NCBI GenBank assembly: GCA_041576165.1
Contig: JBFGLM010000062.1
Coordinates: 1 to 24,445, forward strand
Origin: Acidimicrobiia bacterium
Lineage (GTDB): Bacteria > Actinomycetota > Acidimicrobiia > Spongiisociales > Spongiisociaceae
Reading direction: 5' to 3'
Length of the DNA: 24,445 bases
Part shown: positions 18,480-24,445 of the stretch, piece after piece
How the letters are laid out: every line of letters starts with the position of its first letter
Position numbering within the stretch: position 1 is the stretch's first letter
Position numbers and translations under genes: made by a program
Notes under the pieces: model-generated
What the model was told of the DNA's origin: nothing
The model's database searches: none
Seen by the model: the letters and a program-made list of their open reading frames with translations, nothing else

Positions 18480-19787
18480 TTACCGGTCGAGCCGCTCCGC
18501 CAGATAGGTCTCGAGGCCCTCGATGGGAATCCGGTCCTGGGCCATCGTGTCCCGATCCCGCACGGTGACCTGTTTGTCGTCGAGCGTGTCGAAGTCGATG
18601 GTGACGCAATACGGGGTGCCGATCTCGTCCTGGCGGCGATAGCGTCTGCCGATCGATTGGGTGATATCGACCTCGATATCCCATCGCGCCCGCAGCGGAG
18701 CAGCCACCGCTTGGGTGGTCTCCACCAGATCAGGCTTCTTCGACAACGGCAGCACCCCTACCTTGATGGGGGACAATCGTTTGTCGAGCTTGAGCACGGT
18801 GCGCGGCTCGCCCCCAACCTCGTCCTGGCTGTAGGCGTCGAGCAGGAATGCAAATGTGGCTCTAGTGGCGCCGGCGGCCGGCTCGATCACGTGGGGATAG
18901 AACCGCTCGTTGGTCTCGGAATCGAAGTAGGTCAGATCCTTGCCGCTATGTTCGGCGTGGGCCGCCAAGTCGAAGTCGGTGCGGTTGGCGATTCCCTCCA
19001 ACTCGTCCCAGCCCCACGGGAAGTCGTACTCGACGTCGTAGGTGACCGCAGAGTAATGCGACAGCTCATCGGCATCGTGGGCGCGCAACCGCAAGTTGTC
19101 GGCACTCATGCCCAGGTCCAAGTACCACCTCTTGCGCTGCTCCACCCAGTAGTCCATCCAGTGGGCCGCCTCCTCGGGACGGCAGAAGTACTCCATCTCC
19201 ATCTGCTCGAACTCCCGGGTACGGAAGACGAACTGGCCCGGGGTGATCTCGTTGCGGAACGACTTGCCGATCTGGGCAATACCGAAGGGAAGCTTGAGGC
19301 GCGCCGTGCGCCGAATGTTCTCGAAGTTGATGAATATGCCCTGGGCGGTCTCGGGCCGTAGATAAACCGTGTTGTCGGCCGATGCGACCGGACCCATGTG
19401 GGTCTGGAACATCAGGTTGAAGTCCTTCGACTCGGTGAAGGTGTCGCGCATCCCGCAGGTGGGGCACTGATTCGTGTCGGCGAGCTTGTCGAGACGAAAG
19501 CGCGAGTTGCAGTTGGTGCACTCCACGAGTGGGTCGCTGAACGAGCTCAGGTGCCCCGACGCTTCCCACACCTTGGGCGACTGGATGATGGCAGTGTCGA
19601 TTCCGACGACGTCGTCGCGCATGCGCACCATCGAGCGCCACCATTCGCCTTTGACGTTGCGCAAAAGTGCAGTGCCCAACGGCCCGTAGTCGTAGGCGGA
19701 TCGCAACCCGCCGTAGATCTCAGACGACTGGAAAACGAAGCCGCGGTTCTTGGCAAGATTGACGATCGTGTCGAAGTCGACGGGCAC
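18480..19787 (-). CDS. glyQS: Glycine--tRNA ligase (alpha2 type)
   Basis: SSEIYGG, YLRPETAQGIF, QIGKSFRNEITPG, FRTREFEQMEME, SIGRRYRRQDEIGTP. -10 TACAAT at 19819-19814 and SD AAGGA. Confidence 0.98.
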   Translation of the reverse strand: MPVDFDTIVNLAKNRGFVFQSSEIYGGLRSAYDYGPLGTALLRNVKGEWWRSMVRMRDDVVGIDTAIIQSPKVWEASGHLSSFSDPLVECTNCNSRFRLDKLADTNQCPTCGMRDTFTESKDFNLMFQTHMGPVASADNTVYLRPETAQGIFINFENIRRTARLKLPFGIAQIGKSFRNEITPGQFVFRTREFEQMEMEYFCRPEEAAHWMDYWVEQRKRWYLDLGMSADNLRLRAHDADELSHYSAVTYDVEYDFPWGWDELEGIANRTDFDLAAHAEHSGKDLTYFDSETNERFYPHVIEPAAGATRATFAFLLDAYSQDEVGGEPRTVLKLDKRLSPIKVGVLPLSKKPDLVETTQAVAAPLRARWDIEVDITQSIGRRYRRQDEIGTPYCVTIDFDTLDDKQVTVRDRDTMAQDRIPIEGLETYLAERLDR

Positions 19788-19864
19788 AGGCTGTCCTTAC
19801 GAGTGAGGCGAGGATTGTAGAGGGCGTGTCACCGGTACCAGGTGTCGCGGGATGCCATAGCTGC

Positions 19865-21199
19865 TCACTCCAGTACACACGCGGCGACGTGGTTCGTTCC
19901 TCGCACGGTAAGAGGCACCTCATCGACTTCGGCAAAGCGGACCCGGACACGCGAATCGTCAACGACCATCTCTTCGAGCGCAGCTCGCATCGATGCCGGT
20001 ATCGATTCGCCGCGTAAGGCCGTCGCCAGGCTTTGGGCCGAGGACTCGTCGGCAAATTCGAGCCAGGCGTCGAATGGGTTAGCGCGGGTGACGCCGCGCA
20101 AGTCGTCGAACACCCCCGCCTCGTCCTCGAGCCACAAGACGACATCGTCTACCTCCCAGCCGCAGGCCGGCGTGGCGACGGGGCACCGAGTATGGAATCG
20201 GCATCCCTGCGGGGGCCGGGCCGGGTCCGGAATAGCCCCTTCCAGCGGCTGGAGATCCACTTTGTCCCGCTCGACATCTGGGCTGGAGGCCAGTAGCGCC
20301 CGGGTATAGGGGTGCTCGGGTCGCTCGAATATGGCGCCGGTCGGCCCCGCCTCGGCGACCTTGCCCACGTACATCACGACGATGCGATCCGCCATGTGCC
20401 GCACCACCGAGAGGTCATGAGTGATGAACAAATACGCGAGATTGCGTTCTTCCTGGAGCTCGTGGAGCAGGTTCAAGATCTGCGCCTGGACCGAGACGTC
20501 GAGAGCGCTGGTGGGCTCGTCGAGGACGACCAGCTCAGGGTCGAGCGCCAGGGCGCGGGCGACGGCGATTCGCTGTCTCTGGCCGCCGGAGAACTGGTGC
20601 GGATAGCGATACAGGTGTTGGCGTCCCATTCCGACCTGCTCGAGCAATTCCACGACACGCTCGGTGAGCTCTGCTCCCGAGGCCTCGCCGTGGACCCGTA
20701 GCGGCCTGCCCACGATGTCCTTTACCAGGTGCCGGGGATTCAACGAAGCGAAGGAGCTCTGGAAAACCACCTGGCAGTTGCGCCTGAACCGCTTCCACGG
20801 ATCGCCGTCGATGAGATCGATCCGATGCGCCTCGTTGATGGCATCGAGCCGGGTTCGCTGCGCCTCGGTGCGGTCTGGTTCGGGCATGGCCAGCAGCTCG
20901 TCCAGCTCGCCGAGGGATGCCGTGTCGAGGCCGAAGTAGATACCGCCGTCCGTGGGGTCGGTGAGGCCGCTCACGCATCGGCCCAGAGTGGTCTTGCCAC
21001 AACCGCTTTCGCCGACCAGGCCTAGTGTCTCTCCTCGATTGAGGTCGAAGCTCACACCATCGACTGCTTTGACTTGGCCAACAACTCGCTGCAAAGCCCC
21101 TTCTTTGATTGGGAAGTGCTTCTTCAGCCCCCGCACGGCAAGCAGGGGGCCGTCTTCAGAGAGGCCGGGGCCGGTGGGGGCTGGTGCGGTCGCCGTCAT
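19865..21199 (-). CDS. oppF: Oligopeptide/dipeptide ABC transporter ATP-binding subunit (OppF/DppF-like)
   Basis: GESGCGKTT, FSGGQRQR, VLDEPTSALD, HPYT and C-terminal Cys. ATG 21199 overlaps the upstream stop; the ORF-track 5' extension is spurious. Confidence 0.93.
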   Translation of the reverse strand: MTATAPAPTGPGLSEDGPLLAVRGLKKHFPIKEGALQRVVGQVKAVDGVSFDLNRGETLGLVGESGCGKTTLGRCVSGLTDPTDGGIYFGLDTASLGELDELLAMPEPDRTEAQRTRLDAINEAHRIDLIDGDPWKRFRRNCQVVFQSSFASLNPRHLVKDIVGRPLRVHGEASGAELTERVVELLEQVGMGRQHLYRYPHQFSGGQRQRIAVARALALDPELVVLDEPTSALDVSVQAQILNLLHELQEERNLAYLFITHDLSVVRHMADRIVVMYVGKVAEAGPTGAIFERPEHPYTRALLASSPDVERDKVDLQPLEGAIPDPARPPQGCRFHTRCPVATPACGWEVDDVVLWLEDEAGVFDDLRGVTRANPFDAWLEFADESSAQSLATALRGESIPASMRAALEEMVVDDSRVRVRFAEVDEVPLTVRGTNHVAACVLE

Positions 21200-22449
21200 T
21201 CGCCGCTCCGAGCGAAGCTGGGAAGCTCGGTGGTGCCTGTCGGCCAGTGATGGATCAGGCACGCCACCTCGCGGCCGTCGGCCAGCGACGCCGGCTGGGG
21301 ATCGATTCGATGGCAGGCCGGGGCTGCGTACGGGCAACGCTTGGCGAAGCGGCAGGCCTCTGGCGGATCGATGAGCTCGGGAACGTTGCCGGGAATGGCT
21401 ACCAGCCGGCCTCGCTCGTGGTCGGCGCTGGGAATAGCCGCGAGCAAGCCCCGCGTGTAAGGATGGCTGGGATCCTCGAAGATCGTATCGGTAGGAGCGT
21501 TCTCGACGATGCGGCCGGCATACATGACGGCGACCCGGTCGCACACCTTGCGCACCAGGGCCAGATCGTGGCTGATGTAGAGCACGGAGGCGTGGTGGCG
21601 CTGCTGCAACTCTCGGATGAGCTCCAGGATGCGGGCTTGGACCGTCACATCGAGGGCCGTCGTGGGCTCGTCAGCGATCAGCAGGTCGGGATCGCAGGCG
21701 AGCGCTTGGGCGATCATCACCCGCTGCTGCATGCCACCGGAGAGCTCGTGCGGGTAGCGCTCCATGATCTTGCGCGGGTTGGGGATCTGCGTCTCGGCGA
21801 GCGCTTCCGCTACCCGGTCGGACGTGGCACGCAGCAGGCGGTCGCGGCGCGCCCGCAACGGCGGCATCGACAGCAGAAGGTCTTCGAGACGGCGGGTGCG
21901 CATCCCGGCGCGGCGCTTGATGAGGGCGCCGCCATCTTCATCGAGTCCGGCGTCGGCGAGCAGCTCCGCGGTGCGGTGCTGGAAGAACACCTCGGCGACC
22001 TGATCGCCCACTGGAAGCGCCGGGTTGAGCGCTTTCGCAGGGTCCTGGAAGATCATCGCGATCCGGTCGCCCCTGATATCGCGCATCTCGCGTTCAGAGA
22101 TCTGGAGCAGATCCATGGTCTTCCGTCCGGAGTGGTCGCAAGTCAAACAGCCCGCACCGGCGCATTCTGGGCAGGCCTCCCGAGGACGAAACTCGATTGA
22201 ACCGCCGGCGGCGATGCCGGGCGGCATGGGAACCAGACCGAGGAAAGACCGCGCCGTCACGCTCTTCCCGCATCCAGTCTCTCCGACCAGGCCAACCGTT
22301 TCCCGGTCGCCGATATCGAAGCTGACACCGTCGACGGCGTGGACCACGCCGGCCTTGCTGCGGAAGTGGACCCGCAAGTCGCGAACGGAGGCCACCGTCA
22401 CCGCCGGGCCGGCCCTGGCCGGTGCGTCCTCCGCGCCGACGAGGCTCAT
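21196..22449 (-). CDS. oppD: Oligopeptide/dipeptide ABC transporter ATP-binding subunit (OppD/DppD-like)
   Basis: [45 protein letters not shown] 22449 overlaps the oppC stop. Confidence 0.93.
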   Translation of the reverse strand: MSLVGAEDAPARAGPAVTVASVRDLRVHFRSKAGVVHAVDGVSFDIGDRETVGLVGETGCGKSVTARSFLGLVPMPPGIAAGGSIEFRPREACPECAGAGCLTCDHSGRKTMDLLQISEREMRDIRGDRIAMIFQDPAKALNPALPVGDQVAEVFFQHRTAELLADAGLDEDGGALIKRRAGMRTRRLEDLLLSMPPLRARRDRLLRATSDRVAEALAETQIPNPRKIMERYPHELSGGMQQRVMIAQALACDPDLLIADEPTTALDVTVQARILELIRELQQRHHASVLYISHDLALVRKVCDRVAVMYAGRIVENAPTDTIFEDPSHPYTRGLLAAIPSADHERGRLVAIPGNVPELIDPPEACRFAKRCPYAAPACHRIDPQPASLADGREVACLIHHWPTGTTELPSFARSGE

Positions 22450-23372
22450 CGGCCGGATTCCGTACGCGGGTCGAACACGTCCCGCAGACCATCTCCGAAG
22501 AGATTGAAAGCCAGCGCCCACAGGAAGACCATCATGCCGGGGAACGTCGACGCCCACCAACGGCCGGCCGAGATCCCCGCCTGTCCCTCGGAGACGAGTA
22601 CTCCCCACTCGGCAATTCCGGCTTCGGAGAGTCCGATGAAGCTGAGGGTGGCACCGACGAGGACGATGTTGCCCATGTCGAGTGTGGCCTGGACCACGAC
22701 CGGCGTGATCGAGTTGGGCAAAATGTCGCGCCGATAGATGCGCCACGGCGAGTCGCCGATGACCCGAGCCGCGTCCACGTATTCGTTCTCCTTGATGTGA
22801 ATGATCTGCGCTCGCATGATGCGGGCGTACTTCACCCAGAAGACGACGGCCAACGCCAAGATGATGTTGCGGAAGGATGGCCCGAGCACCGCGGCGATTG
22901 CGAGGGCGAAGATGAGCTCCGGGATCGACAGGAAGATGTCGACGATCCGCATCAGGATCTCGTCGATCTTGCCGCCGCGGAACCCGGCGATGCTGCCGAC
23001 TGCTACGCCGATCACCACAGTGAGCGTGACGACGATGACGGAAAGGCGCAGCGAGGTGCGAGCGCCCCAGACCACGCCGTAGAGGACGTCGCCGCCCACG
23101 TTCGTAGTGCCGAGCAGATGACCGGGCGATCCCGGGGGCACCGCGATCGCTCCCCAGTCGCGAGGCATCTGATACGCGTCGGGTGTGTTCGGCTCGATCA
23201 GGAGCGGTGCGAACACCGCCATGCCGAGCATCAGCGTGATGAGGACCAGTCCGGCAACAGTCGTCGGGTTCTTGAGCAGCGCCAGCGTTAGCTCGCCACC
23301 TCGGCGCAGCCGCACCCGCCACGCGGATTCTGTCATGCGAGTCGGTGCTTTGCTGACAGGAACGTCGACCAT
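22446..23372 (-). CDS. oppC: Peptide ABC transporter permease (OppC/DppC-like)
   Basis: HLLGT...VWGARTSL, EAA loop EYVDAARVIG, ILPNS, FNLFGDGLRDVFDPR. Confidence 0.95.
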   Translation of the reverse strand: MVDVPVSKAPTRMTESAWRVRLRRGGELTLALLKNPTTVAGLVLITLMLGMAVFAPLLIEPNTPDAYQMPRDWGAIAVPPGSPGHLLGTTNVGGDVLYGVVWGARTSLRLSVIVVTLTVVIGVAVGSIAGFRGGKIDEILMRIVDIFLSIPELIFALAIAAVLGPSFRNIILALAVVFWVKYARIMRAQIIHIKENEYVDAARVIGDSPWRIYRRDILPNSITPVVVQATLDMGNIVLVGATLSFIGLSEAGIAEWGVLVSEGQAGISAGRWWASTFPGMMVFLWALAFNLFGDGLRDVFDPRTESGR

Positions 23373-23375
23373 CAG

Positions 23376-24389
23376 TTACTCCCCAAGCACGACGCGGCGA
23401 TCGAGATAGGCATAAACCACGTCGACAACGAGGTTCACCATCAGGAACAAGACCGAGGTGAATAGCACGTAGGCCATGATCGTGGCCTGATCGCCGCGCA
23501 GCACAGAGTCGGCCATCCAGCGTCCCAGCCCTGGCCACTGGAAAATGATCTCGGCCACGACGCTGCCCTGCAGCAGAAAACCGAAGCTGAGGCCGATCAC
23601 GGTGACGGTCGGGATCAGGGCGTTGCGGCGAGCGTGGCGACGCAGCACCAGGCGCTCCGGCAGACCCTTGGCCCGAGCGGCGTCTACGTAGTCCTCTTGG
23701 AGCTCCTCGACGAGCGAGGAGCGCATCATTCGAGCGATGATGGCGGTCGCGCCGTATCCGAGGGTGGTGGCGGGCAGGATCAGATGCCACACCGCGTCGC
23801 GGAATGCCCCGAAGTCGCCGGCGATCAGGGCATCGACGGTATACAGGTTGGTCGGGTGGTCGATTCGCGCCCATAACTCGGGTGTGTTGCGCCCGATTGG
23901 AAACCAGCCGAGGTTCACCCAGAACACGATCAACAGCAGGATGGCGAACCAGAACAACGGCATGGCGGCGCCGCTGATAGAGAAGATTCGAGTGAGGTGG
24001 TCGGGGAGCCGATTGCGTCTCGCCCCGGCAAAGGTCCCCAGCATGATTCCGAGAGCCACGGCGACCAGGGCAGCAGACACTGCCAGCTCCATGGTGGCCG
24101 CCAGCTTGGGGAGGAACACATCGGTCACGGGTGCGGCCGCCACACCGGACCACCCGAGGTCGCCCTGGAGCACGCCGGACGCCCAATAGAAGTACTGCAC
24201 CGGCACCGGGTCGTCGAGGTGGAAGCGCTCCTCGAGCTCCGCCACCTCCTCCTGGGTCATCTCGTGGGACAAGTAGATGCCGATCGGGGAGCCACCGATC
24301 CGGGTCAGTGCGAACACGATGATCGACACCCCGATGATCAGCACCGGCAGAATCATCAACCGGCGGATGATGTAGTCCCGGATCTGCAC
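23376..24389 (-). CDS. oppB: Peptide ABC transporter permease (OppB/DppB-like)
   Basis: YIIRRL, LDDPVPVQY, DYVDAARAKGL, HARRNALIP, EIIFQWPGLG. SD GAGGAG upstream of the GTG. Confidence 0.95.
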   Translation of the reverse strand: MQIRDYIIRRLMILPVLIIGVSIIVFALTRIGGSPIGIYLSHEMTQEEVAELEERFHLDDPVPVQYFYWASGVLQGDLGWSGVAAAPVTDVFLPKLAATMELAVSAALVAVALGIMLGTFAGARRNRLPDHLTRIFSISGAAMPLFWFAILLLIVFWVNLGWFPIGRNTPELWARIDHPTNLYTVDALIAGDFGAFRDAVWHLILPATTLGYGATAIIARMMRSSLVEELQEDYVDAARAKGLPERLVLRRHARRNALIPTVTVIGLSFGFLLQGSVVAEIIFQWPGLGRWMADSVLRGDQATIMAYVLFTSVLFLMVNLVVDVVYAYLDRRVVLGE

Positions 24390-24421
24390 TTACTTACTCC
24401 TCGGACGTTGCTCTGCGGCGC

Positions 24422-24445
24422 GGTCCCCGGGAGTATCCGGGGACC
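24422..24445. other. Intergenic stem-loop upstream of oppB (may be cut by the window edge)
   Basis: GGTCCCCGG-GAGTAT-CCGGGGACC. Such hairpins commonly lie between the solute-binding protein gene and the permease genes. Confidence 0.65.

Noticed and set aside
19788-19864. T-box leader for glyQS
   Set aside because: The gap is only 77 bp with a -10 close to the start, and no T-box motif is present.
21196-24186. 996-aa ORF suggesting a giant ABC fusion
   Set aside because: The first 579 codons are an off-frame overlap of oppB and oppC; the real OppD starts at 22449.

Overview
High-GC actinobacterial chromosomal segment, probably from an Acidimicrobiia-like lineage. This is inferred from CIRCE-controlled groESL, leaderless TANNNT promoters, an alpha2-type GlyRS, and coupled dnaG-rpoD with a canonical region 1.1. 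The right half (13.8-24.4 kb) is mostly core: an Opp/Dpp peptide ABC operon (oppB-C-D-F) whose ATPases carry unusual insertions, glyQS, an inserted divergent hypothetical gene, dnaG-rpoD, a small membrane protein and tRNA-Asn(GTT). Directly 3' of the tRNA is a minimal integrative mobilizable element: tyrosine integrase, excisionase, a candidate oriT/repeat region and a MOBF (TrwC-type) relaxase-helicase. Integrase and relaxase each carry a single-base frameshift. Further left are a TetR with two divergent membrane genes, an orphan antitoxin-like HTH gene, groES-groEL with tandem CIRCE boxes, a PAS-GAF-GGDEF diguanylate cyclase, a lipoprotein-MFS pair, a decayed PIN toxin gene, and at the window edge what looks like the non-coding right end of an IS110/IS1111-family element. 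I found no CRISPR array and no exact distal att repeat. No database searches were run; family calls rest on motifs recognised by eye.
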